From assembly GCA_963786865.1 (NCBI GenBank), contig CAWBAV010000006.1, positions 299,837-363,836 of the forward strand: a stretch of DNA of 64,000 bases, written 5' to 3'. A program made the position numbers and the translations under genes. The first letter of the stretch is position 1; each line of letters opens with the position of its first letter. This document shows positions 6,483-14,356 of the stretch, piece after piece. This DNA comes from an uncultured delta proteobacterium. Its GTDB lineage: Bacteria; Myxococcota_A; Polyangia; Polyangiales; Houyiibacteriaceae. Below the pieces are notes generated by a model. That model was not told the DNA's origin, made no database searches, and saw only the letters and a list, made by a program, of their open reading frames with translations.

Positions 6483-8912
6483 GTGCTGCGCATGAGCGCA
6501 GTGGGGGGGCACACAAGACCTCGAAATCAGCCGTTTCGAAGGGTGGATGAGCCCTGGGAGCGGCCAAGGGGCACCGGCGAAGTTCTCGAGCGATGGCGCA
6601 GCGGTGGCACCTGGCGAAACGTGACCTGGAGTCATCCAGTCGAGCCGCGTCAGGCCAGTTTCGAACCCATGCCGCCCGGTTTGGCGCCCGGGGTTGCACG
6701 GGCTCTCGAGCAGCGTGGGATCCGGGAGCTGTACAGCCATCAGGCGCGGGCCTTCGAGCTCGCCACCCGCGGCAAGCACCTGGTCGTCGCGACTCCAACC
6801 GCCTCGGGGAAGAGCCTTTGCTACAATCTGCCGGTGCTCCAGGCGCTCGCGGACGACCCGAGCGCAACCGCCCTTTATCTGTTTCCGACCAAAGCACTGT
6901 CGCGGGACCAAGAAGAGGCATTGCGCGGGCTGATCCGCGATTCCGATCTCAGCGTCGGGGCGATCACGTACGATGGCGACACGCCTAACGACGCGCGTCG
7001 AGCGGCGCGGCAACGTGCGGGCGTCTTGCTCACGAACCCCGACATGCTTCATGCAGGCATCTTGCCGCACCACACGGGCTGGGCGCGTCTCTTTTCAAAC
7101 TTGAAGTACATCGTCGTCGACGAGCTTCACAGCTACCGCGGCATCTTCGGTTCGCACCTCGCCAACGTGATGCGGCGCCTCATGCGCATTGCTCGTTTTC
7201 ACGGCTCGTCCCCGAGCTTCCTCTTTGCGTCCGCAACGATCGGCAATCCGCAAGAGCATGCGTCGCGCATCTGCGGCGCGCCGGTCGATCTGATCGACCA
7301 AAGCGGTGCGCCGACCGGACCTCGGCAGCTGGTCGTGTACAATCCGCCTGTCGTGAACGCGGAGCTCGGGATCCGGCAGAGCTACATCAAGACCGCGGTG
7401 CGCCTGACCCAGGATCTCGTGCGGGCTGGAGTTCCCACGCTGGTCTTTGGAAATTCGCGCAACGGCGTGGAGGTCATGCTCAAGTATCTCCGCGATCGAC
7501 TCGCTCGCGATCAGATCGACCCGGCTGCGATTCATGCGTACCGCGGCGGCTATCTCCCGCAGACTCGCCGTCGTATCGAAGGTGCCCTGCGAAGTGGTGA
7601 AATTCGCTGCGTGGTCGCGACCAACGCACTCGAGCTAGGCATCGACATCGGTGCGCTCGATGCCGTCGTCTGTGCCGGATATCCGGGCACCATGGCTGGG
7701 CTTTGGCAGCGTTTCGGTCGAGCGGGGCGACGGCAGGATCTCTCACTGGCAGTGCTGGTCGCCTCGAGCAGTCCGGTCGACCAGTACATGGCCCGCCATC
7801 CGCGTCAGCTGATTTCGGCACCGATCGAGCAGGCGCGCATCGATCCGGACAACATCGAAATCCTGATTCAGCATCTCAAATGCGCCGCGTTCGAGCTCCC
7901 GTTCGAACCCGATGATGCATACGGGGACGTTCCAGACGATGCGCTCGCCGAAGCCCTCGACTACCTCGCCGACAACGGGGTCGTTCACTCCACGTCGAGC
8001 GCCGCGGGGGTGATCTATCACTGGGCATCGGACAGCTACCCGGCAAACAACGTTTCGCTTCGAAGCGCGAGTTGGGACAACTTCGTCATCATCGACCTCG
8101 AGGGAAATCGCACCATCGCTGAGATGGACTGGCGGAGCACGCACACCATGCTGCACGAGCAGGCGATCTATCAGCACGAGGGTGGACAGTACCAAGTCGA
8201 GCGGCTCGACTTCGACAACCACAAAGCCTTCGTGCGTTACGTGAAGCCCGACTACTACACGACCGCCATGACGCACAGCAAGGTTGCCGTTCTGGAGCAG
8301 GACCAGAGCTCCACAATCGATCTCGGCGAGGTGCCACTCGACGCTGGTCTCGGCGATGTGAGCGTCATCGAGAAGGTCGTCGGGTACAAGAAGATCAAGT
8401 TCCACACCCACGAAAACGTGGGTTACGGAGAGGTGCATCTCCCCGAGATGCAGAAGCACACGAGCTCGTTTTGGCTCACGTTTCCCGAGGACTTCGTACA
8501 GAGTCAGCCCGAGTCGCGGGCCGTCGTGGTCGATGCCCTGCGCGGTCTTTCGAAGGCGATGCACGTCGTGGGCGCGATCGGTTTGATGATCGATCCCCGC
8601 GACCTCGGGCGTACCCTCGGAAGCCGCAGCGAGGACGAGGCGCCGCCCGGGAAAGGACAAGGTCCTGGTTTCGACCCTACGATTTTTCTCTACGACACGG
8701 TGGCCGGCGGAATCGGCCTGGCGTCACGGCTCTTCGAAGAGCGTGAAGAGCTTCTGCGGCGTGCGCGTCGATTGATCGAGAGCTGCGGGTGCGATGAAGG
8801 ATGCCCCGGTTGCATCGGACCGGACGCTTCGGGCGCGGATGAGCCGGAGGCGGCGCGCAAGCGCCTGGTGCTCGATTTGCTCGATGCCGTTGGCGTGAGC
8901 GCCACCCACTGA
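6483..8912 (+). CDS. DEAD/DEAH-box helicase with C-terminal DUF1998 (MZB) domain, YprA/MrfA-like
   Basis: Observed motifs: ELYSHQARAF, VVATPTASGKSLCYNLPVL (motif I), VVDELHSYRG (DExH), and helicase C motifs. The C-terminal four-Cys cluster is CGCDEGCPGCIG. The N-terminus aligns with B. subtilis YprA (NVTWSHPVEPRQASFEPMP). The exact start is uncertain, within 6483..6543. Confidence 0.85.
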   Translation: MLRMSAVGGHTRPRNQPFRRVDEPWERPRGTGEVLERWRSGGTWRNVTWSHPVEPRQASFEPMPPGLAPGVARALEQRGIRELYSHQARAFELATRGKHLVVATPTASGKSLCYNLPVLQALADDPSATALYLFPTKALSRDQEEALRGLIRDSDLSVGAITYDGDTPNDARRAARQRAGVLLTNPDMLHAGILPHHTGWARLFSNLKYIVVDELHSYRGIFGSHLANVMRRLMRIARFHGSSPSFLFASATIGNPQEHASRICGAPVDLIDQSGAPTGPRQLVVYNPPVVNAELGIRQSYIKTAVRLTQDLVRAGVPTLVFGNSRNGVEVMLKYLRDRLARDQIDPAAIHAYRGGYLPQTRRRIEGALRSGEIRCVVATNALELGIDIGALDAVVCAGYPGTMAGLWQRFGRAGRRQDLSLAVLVASSSPVDQYMARHPRQLISAPIEQARIDPDNIEILIQHLKCAAFELPFEPDDAYGDVPDDALAEALDYLADNGVVHSTSSAAGVIYHWASDSYPANNVSLRSASWDNFVIIDLEGNRTIAEMDWRSTHTMLHEQAIYQHEGGQYQVERLDFDNHKAFVRYVKPDYYTTAMTHSKVAVLEQDQSSTIDLGEVPLDAGLGDVSVIEKVVGYKKIKFHTHENVGYGEVHLPEMQKHTSSFWLTFPEDFVQSQPESRAVVVDALRGLSKAMHVVGAIGLMIDPRDLGRTLGSRSEDEAPPGKGQGPGFDPTIFLYDTVAGGIGLASRLFEEREELLRRARRLIESCGCDEGCPGCIGPDASGADEPEAARKRLVLDLLDAVGVSATH

Positions 8913-8918
8913 GAACCG

Positions 8919-10097
8919 ATGTCGATCAAACGAAATCTTGCCCGACTTGCTCAAACCACGCCTCGGCATCTCGATGTCGCGAGCATTCGGGGCGCGCTTC
9001 CGGGCCAGAGGCGTGAGACCGAGCATGGAGAGCTGCACCTGATCGATGCGTACCTGGAACCACGTCATCACCATGGGCGAGCACCGATCGCCAAGGCGCT
9101 CCAGGTCTCTACCGAGCGCCTGGCTCAACTCGCGCTCGATCCACTGCTTGCCGAGGTCGATCTTCAGCGCGCCTTGTTCCTCGACACCGAAACCACCGGG
9201 CTTGCCGGCGGCGCCGGAACGGTGCCCTTTCTGATCGGCATCGCCTGGTTCGAGGACCAGTCCATGCGAATTCAGCAGCTTTTTCTGTCTGATCTGGGTC
9301 GTGAAGCGCCGATGCTTCATTGGCTTCGTGAGCGCGTGCAAGAGAGCTCGTGCGTCGTTTCGTTCAATGGCAAAACCTTCGATTGGCCGCTCCTCCGCAA
9401 TCGATTCGTCTTGAATCGTGTTCGCGCACCAGCCTTGCCTCCGCACCTCGATCTCTTGCATTGCGCACGTCGAGTCTTGCGGCCGCGCTTGAAGTCGGTT
9501 CGGCTGGTAGAGATCGAGCGGCGCGTGCTCGGCATGTACCGCGAAGACGACATCTCGGGAGCGCTGATCCCTCAGCTCTACTTCGACTATCTCGACGGCG
9601 GGGACGTATCTCCGATCGCCAAGGTGATCGAGCACAACGCGAACGACCTAATCGCATTGGCGGCGCTCGTTGCCGAGCTGGTGAGTCACTTCGACGAAGT
9701 GCATGGTGGCGACGACCCGCGCGACCACCTCGCCTATGCCAGGGTTGCCGAACGCACCGGGGATCCATCGCGTGCGCGATCTTTTGCTGACGCCGCTGCG
9801 CAGGGAGGCGGCGAGTCGGCGTGCACGGTACAGGCCTGCATGCTCAATGCACGCATCGCTCGCCGTGGCGGCGACGTCGACGATGAAGAGCGCGCACTCT
9901 TGGAGGCGCTCCGTGCTTCGGATGACGAAGAGCTTCGCGCCGCCGTACAGCTCGCTCTCAGCAAGTTCTACGAGCATCGCCGAAAGGACGTTGCCCGCGC
10001 GCTCGAGCATGCCGCTGGGACCGCGCTTGCTGAGGGCGAGGAGGCGGCCGAGCGTCGCGCGGCCCGCCTCACCCGTCGCTTGGCAAGCCGGAGCTGA
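8919..10097 (+). CDS. YprB/MrfB-like RNase H-fold (DEDDh) exonuclease with a helical C-terminal region
   Basis: LFLDTETTGL (exo I), VSFNGKTFDWPLL (exo II) and IEHNANDLIAL (exo III, H-x4-D). It lies 6 nt downstream of the helicase stop. Confidence 0.8.
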   Translation: MSIKRNLARLAQTTPRHLDVASIRGALPGQRRETEHGELHLIDAYLEPRHHHGRAPIAKALQVSTERLAQLALDPLLAEVDLQRALFLDTETTGLAGGAGTVPFLIGIAWFEDQSMRIQQLFLSDLGREAPMLHWLRERVQESSCVVSFNGKTFDWPLLRNRFVLNRVRAPALPPHLDLLHCARRVLRPRLKSVRLVEIERRVLGMYREDDISGALIPQLYFDYLDGGDVSPIAKVIEHNANDLIALAALVAELVSHFDEVHGGDDPRDHLAYARVAERTGDPSRARSFADAAAQGGGESACTVQACMLNARIARRGGDVDDEERALLEALRASDDEELRAAVQLALSKFYEHRRKDVARALEHAAGTALAEGEEAAERRAARLTRRLASRS

Positions 10098-10124
10098 CCT
10101 TTTTGCACTAGGATCAGGCTCCCT

Positions 10125-10142
10125 TGGCACGCTCTGGCACGC
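10125..10142 (+). promoter_or_regulatory. Tandem direct repeat TGGCACGC x2 (10-bp period), candidate enhancer-binding-protein site
   Basis: tggcacgc tc tggcacgc lies about 60 nt upstream of the sigma-54 -24/-12 element. Confidence 0.35.
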
Positions 10143-10191
10143 CGGGTTATTCTCGACCCGCTAGTTTTCCAGCGTTTTTCGGCGCGCTACC

Positions 10192-10207
10192 TGGCATCAA
10201 AGTTGCT
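10192..10207 (+). promoter_or_regulatory. Sigma-54 (-24/-12) promoter
   Basis: cTGGCATcaaagTTGCTc matches the consensus TGGCAC-N5-TTGCW, with GG and GC 12 nt apart. It sits about 40 nt upstream of the lipoprotein ATG, which has its own GGAG SD. Confidence 0.55.
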
Positions 10208-10247
10208 CTTGTAGACGGCGTTGCCCCCCTGGCCGTGGAGTGAAGCG

Positions 10248-11651
10248 ATGAATCGATTCTGGTTGGCTTTTGGAATTCTGGGCGGCGTCGCCATGGCGGT
10301 GTCTGGTTGTGGTGAGAACAGCAGCGGCGACGTTGGGCCACTCGAGGGCTTCGTCTGCGGCAAAGACGGAAGCACCTATTCCGTCGAAGATGCGGTTCGA
10401 GGGGAGCATGAGGTCGAACACCGGGGGCGCTGCGACGCCCCGATGCACTGCGGCTCGCCCGAGGATTGCTTCGTGGGCGACGAATGCATGCCGGCCGACG
10501 CAGATGGCAATTGGTGCATCCCGGGTCCCACTCGTTGCAACTGCCCTGGCGTCTTCGAGCCGGTCTGCGGCGGCGACTCGCGCAACTACATCAATGCCTG
10601 CGAGGCTGCCTGTGCGGGTGTGGGCATCCGGCACGAGGGGTATTGCCAGGAGCCTCCGGGAGAGGGCTGTGTCCGCGCCGGTTGTAGCGGTCAGCTCTGC
10701 GTCGAAGAGGGCATGGACATCGCGAGCACCTGCGAGTGGCGTCCCGTGTACGAGTGCTACCAGCAGGCCAGCTGCGAGCGCCAGGAAAACGGCCAGTGCG
10801 GCTTCACGCCGACCCACGAGCTCGTCGACTGTCTCGAGCGATTCGGCGAGGGTATGTGCAGCGTCGATCCGCGTTGGCAGGATGGATTCGAGGCGGAATG
10901 CAGCAGCCCTCAGGTGCCCGGGATCGGCGGCGTCATCGCCGTGGAGCCTCATCAGATGATGCACCTCGGCGAATGGTTCGGTGCGAGCTTCAAGTTGCTC
11001 GAGCCGCCCGTCTTTGGCGACCTGTATGAAGGAGAGGGCTTGATCTTCTGCGATGGTGAGCGGACTGCTCTTCAGGGGCGAGTCCGGATGACGCCGCTCG
11101 GAGACCTCGAGGTCGAATGCCGAATCCTGCCCGAGATACATCCCGGCGAGTGCTACGACGATGGCGATTGCGCGCCCGGGACCTTCTGCGAGGCCGGGCA
11201 GTGCATCGCGAACTGCCCCGTCGAGACGCACATCCTCAACTTCCGAGGGGAGTGCGTGCCCAAGTGCTACGGCCCAGAACAGTGCGGCGACGAGCAGCAC
11301 TGCAACGCGGGCGAGGTCTGCTTGCAAGACCCGGCCTGCCCCGAATGCGACGTCTGCGTCGGCTGGTGCGAGGCACCGCCGGACGAATGCAGACCCACCG
11401 GTTGCAACGGCGAGATCTGCGCGAGCCAGGACGTGGCTTCTCCTTGTGTCGCGTTGCCTGAGTTCGCCTGTTACCAGGAGGTCGGCATTTGTGAGATGCA
11501 GACCTGGGGCCAGTGCGGCTGGACTCCCACGCCCGAGCTCGACGAATGCCTCTCTCAGTTTGATTGCCGGGCAGAGGGCTGTGCTGACGGCGCGTACTGC
11601 GGTTACTGCTGGACCAGCTGGGAATGCATCCCTGAAGGCGCAGTGTGTTGA
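10248..11651 (+). CDS. Cys-rich lipoprotein with Kazal-type domain(s) and two copies of an eight-Cys module
   Basis: Signal and lipobox: MNRFWLAFGILGGVAMAVSGC. Kazal signature: CNCPGVFEPVCGGDSRNYINACEAACAGVGIRHEGYC, plus a weaker first copy VCGKDGSTYSVEDA. A duplicated module is CVRAGCSGQLC...CGFTPTHELVDCL and CRPTGCNGEIC...CGWTPTPELDECL. The ORF track starts at a TTG at 10221. Confidence 0.75.
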   Translation: MNRFWLAFGILGGVAMAVSGCGENSSGDVGPLEGFVCGKDGSTYSVEDAVRGEHEVEHRGRCDAPMHCGSPEDCFVGDECMPADADGNWCIPGPTRCNCPGVFEPVCGGDSRNYINACEAACAGVGIRHEGYCQEPPGEGCVRAGCSGQLCVEEGMDIASTCEWRPVYECYQQASCERQENGQCGFTPTHELVDCLERFGEGMCSVDPRWQDGFEAECSSPQVPGIGGVIAVEPHQMMHLGEWFGASFKLLEPPVFGDLYEGEGLIFCDGERTALQGRVRMTPLGDLEVECRILPEIHPGECYDDGDCAPGTFCEAGQCIANCPVETHILNFRGECVPKCYGPEQCGDEQHCNAGEVCLQDPACPECDVCVGWCEAPPDECRPTGCNGEICASQDVASPCVALPEFACYQEVGICEMQTWGQCGWTPTPELDECLSQFDCRAEGCADGAYCGYCWTSWECIPEGAVC

Positions 11652-11699
11652 AGATCTAGCGTTGACCTCGCCGCTGGCCTGACGGCTTCACCATCTCCG

Positions 11700-12149
11700 T
11701 CAGGCTGGCGGCGAGATTTCTATCTTCGTCATCACCGAATTCGCAATGAAGCAGTACTTGTGCGCGTTCGCGTGAAGCTTCTCGAGCTGCTCCGGACTTG
11801 GAGGCTCACCTCCCCACTTGATCTTGGGGGTCAGGGTCACGCGCGTGATCGCGATTCGCTTCTCTTCGTTGCGCTCCATGGTGCCGACGGCCTCGACTTG
11901 ATACTCGTCGATTACGAACCCATCACGGGCGGCGAGCGATAGAAACGTCAGCATGTGGCAGCTCGAAAGGGCGGCAACATACGCTCGCTCCGGGTCGACC
12001 AACTCTGGGTTTCCCAGGTATTCGGGCGCTGCCGATGCACGGACTTGGCTGCCTCCCTCGAACTTCCAGACATGGTCACGCGTGTACTCCTTCGGCGTGA
12101 ATGGGGTGTCCTGACGATCCCAGTGAATCATGGCTCGGTGTACCGACAT
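11700..12149 (-). CDS. OsmC/Ohr-family peroxiredoxin-like protein
   Basis: 149 aa with two conserved Cys contexts (ALSSCHMLTF, HKYCFIANS), typical of OsmC family proteins. Confidence 0.75.
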   Translation of the reverse strand: MSVHRAMIHWDRQDTPFTPKEYTRDHVWKFEGGSQVRASAAPEYLGNPELVDPERAYVAALSSCHMLTFLSLAARDGFVIDEYQVEAVGTMERNEEKRIAITRVTLTPKIKWGGEPPSPEQLEKLHANAHKYCFIANSVMTKIEISPPA

Positions 12150-12171
12150 CGCTACTCCTTCGCGCCAGAAC

Positions 12172-13398
12172 CTAGGGTCGGTCGCGCGGCAAGGCCAGCG
12201 CCAGTGCCAGTGCCGGTGTCAGCCGCCGCTGCCTGGGTCTACGTAGGCTGGAGTGGTTTCGTCGGTCAGGCGGTTTTCGAGGAAACCTTCTGGAAGAGAG
12301 ACTTTTTGCCGGCCGGCAGTCTTTCCTCGGGGCACTCGCATCGCGTCGGGAGGGAAAGGGTTCGGATGCGTCGACGGTGCGGAGTACTACTTCGAGCTCC
12401 TCGAGGCGGGTTACTCGCATCAGTCGCGATCGGAGCTTGGCGCTTCCACGGAAGCCCTTGGTGTACCAACTGCTATGCCGACGGAACATTCGCATCGCCT
12501 GGGTTTCACCCGCCCATTCGCTCAGCAAGCGCGCGTGCTCGAGCGCGATTTCGACGACCTCGCCAAAGGTCGGCGGGTTCGGCGGCTCGTGGCCCTCGAA
12601 GACCTCGGCCAGATCTCGAAAGAGCCATGGGCGTCCGAGACATCCCCGGCCGATCACCACGCCATCGCATCCGGTCATGCGCATCATGCGGAGCGCGTCG
12701 TGAGCTTCCCAGATATCCCCGTTGCCGAGTACTGGTATCGATCGAACGTGTTGCTTCAGGCGAGCTATCGCTTCCCACTGGGCATCGCCGTCGTAGAGCT
12801 GTGAAGCCGTTCGCGCATGCAGAGCAACGGCGGCGCATCCCTCCTCTTCGGCGACGCGACCTGCGTCCTCGTAGGTGAGCAAGCTCTCGTCGATGCCCAT
12901 TCGGAACTTGATCGTGACCGGAATCTCGCCCGCGTTCTGGACAGCCGCGCGGACGATGTTCGCGAGGAGGCGTGGCTTTGCGGGGATGGCCGACCCGCCA
13001 CCCTTGCGCGTCACCTTCGGAACGGGGCATCCGAAGTTCATGTCGATGTGGTCCACGTGCCCTTCGCCAACCAGCCATTTCACTGCTTCGCCGACGTAGT
13101 GAGGATCGACGCCGTAGAGCTGGAGGCTGCGCGGCGATTCGTCTTTGCCGAACTCCGCGAGCATCAGGGCCTTGGCGCGTCCCTCGACCAGAGGTCGCGC
13201 CGTCACCATCTCGCTCACGTAAAGGCCTGCTCCGAAGCGCCTGCAAATTGCGCGAAAGGGCCAGTTGGTGACACCGGCCATCGGCGCGAGCACCACCGGC
13301 GGCCAGACCGACATCGGACCAATTTCGATCGGCGCAAATTCTCCGAGGCGCGCCACGGGCACCGCACGGTTCAGCTCGTTCTTGTACACCTGCTCCAT
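12172..13398 (-). CDS. dus: tRNA-dihydrouridine synthase; the 3' end is probably frameshifted
   Basis: Observed motifs: LAPMAGVTNWPFR, DMNFGCPVPKVTRKGGGSA, VTIKFRMG, HARTASQ. After ...TVDASE the conserved Dus tail PFPPDAMRVPRGKTAGRQKVSLPEGFLENRL continues in another frame, ending at a stop at 12219. The in-frame tail is R/P/S-rich and non-homologous. Confidence 0.85.
   Translation of the reverse strand: MEQVYKNELNRAVPVARLGEFAPIEIGPMSVWPPVVLAPMAGVTNWPFRAICRRFGAGLYVSEMVTARPLVEGRAKALMLAEFGKDESPRSLQLYGVDPHYVGEAVKWLVGEGHVDHIDMNFGCPVPKVTRKGGGSAIPAKPRLLANIVRAAVQNAGEIPVTIKFRMGIDESLLTYEDAGRVAEEEGCAAVALHARTASQLYDGDAQWEAIARLKQHVRSIPVLGNGDIWEAHDALRMMRMTGCDGVVIGRGCLGRPWLFRDLAEVFEGHEPPNPPTFGEVVEIALEHARLLSEWAGETQAMRMFRRHSSWYTKGFRGSAKLRSRLMRVTRLEELEVVLRTVDASEPFPSRRDASAPRKDCRPAKSLSSRRFPRKPPDRRNHSSLRRPRQRRLTPALALALALPRDRP
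12194..12229 (+). repeat. CAGYGY-type hexanucleotide array (6 units)
   Basis: gccagc gccagt gccagt gccggt gtcagc cgccgc. It overlaps the 3' end of dus. Confidence 0.6.
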
Positions 13399-13440
13399 GA
13401 AGGGAATGCTCGTCGGACGAAGGGGTTTCGCCGTCTTTGC

Positions 13441-14292
13441 TCAGCTCACGACGGCGAGACGGCGGTGGCCGCCAGTACGCACGAGCTTCATGCGCCAGTC
13501 GACGCCGATGAGCTCTCCGGGCTCGAGTGGAAGCCAAATATTCTCGCCCTGGATCGTCTCGCTCGAAAAAATCAGGTGATTGACGTAGCCGCTTTCCGAG
13601 GGCGCTTCGCATTCAGGTGACAGACTGGGGCACGAGTCGCGGTCCCCGCACTCCGTCTTGTAGGTCGACCAGAAGAGCTCCTTGCCGCCTTCGGCTGCCA
13701 CCATGGTCGTCCCGTCCGTGACGATGATCGTCAGAAGCGAGCGCTCTTTGTCGGGATCGACGTCGCAAATGGCGCGAACGTGCTCGAGCGTCGACTGCAG
13801 AGCCATGGACGTTTCTTCGACGCCGATGCGTCCATGGAGTGGACCATGCTGCGCAAGATGCGTGAGAAACATGAAGAATACGACCTCGCTGTCGGTTTCG
13901 CCGAGGATGTAGCGCCGCAGCTTCGGTGCGATGCGTCGAAGGAGCTCTGGGCGGTGCTTGGGAAAGTCCTGGATGTCGCCGTTGTGCGCCATGATCCACT
14001 TGCCGTACTGGAACGGGTGGCAGTTCAGGACGGAGAGCTCGCCGTTTGTTGCGCGTCGGACGTGAGCCAAGACGGTTTCGGAAGCCACGATACCGCTGAC
14101 GCGATGAAAGAGAGTGTCGTCGAGCGCGGTGGCGGGGCTTCGGGTGATGTGTGGCGCTCCGTCGACGTAAAACGCCACACCCCAGCCATCGCGGTGGTCG
14201 GTGCTCTGCGCGCCGAGCGCGTTGTCCGCGTCCATCAAGGACCGGTGTACCTGGCTCTGGATCACGCTTCGAAAGCCGAATAAGCGACACAT
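13441..14292 (-). CDS. Class II (Ntn) glutamine amidotransferase, YafJ-like
   Basis: The N-terminal MCRLFG supplies the Cys2 nucleophile. Other matches: DGWGVAFY, HVRRATNG...NCHPF, AHNGDI. Confidence 0.8.
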   Translation of the reverse strand: MCRLFGFRSVIQSQVHRSLMDADNALGAQSTDHRDGWGVAFYVDGAPHITRSPATALDDTLFHRVSGIVASETVLAHVRRATNGELSVLNCHPFQYGKWIMAHNGDIQDFPKHRPELLRRIAPKLRRYILGETDSEVVFFMFLTHLAQHGPLHGRIGVEETSMALQSTLEHVRAICDVDPDKERSLLTIIVTDGTTMVAAEGGKELFWSTYKTECGDRDSCPSLSPECEAPSESGYVNHLIFSSETIQGENIWLPLEPGELIGVDWRMKLVRTGGHRRLAVVS

Positions 14293-14356
14293 AACCCGTT
14301 CATTTTGACACGAACTGCGGCGTGATGCTCCCTCCGCTGTTCAGGAGCCGGGTCGG

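Noticed and set aside
10121-10142. cttGGCACgctcTGGCAc as the sigma-54 promoter itself
   Set aside because: The GG-to-GC spacing is one nt short of the -24/-12 consensus and the -12 box would be TGGC rather than TTGC. The properly spaced element is at 10192..10207, so I treat this as a possible upstream activator site.
10197-11327. 376-aa minus-strand ORF opposite the Cys-rich lipoprotein gene
   Set aside because: The + strand product has a signal peptide, a lipobox, a Kazal signature, an SD and a sigma-54 promoter. The antisense ORF has none of these and has shadow-ORF composition.
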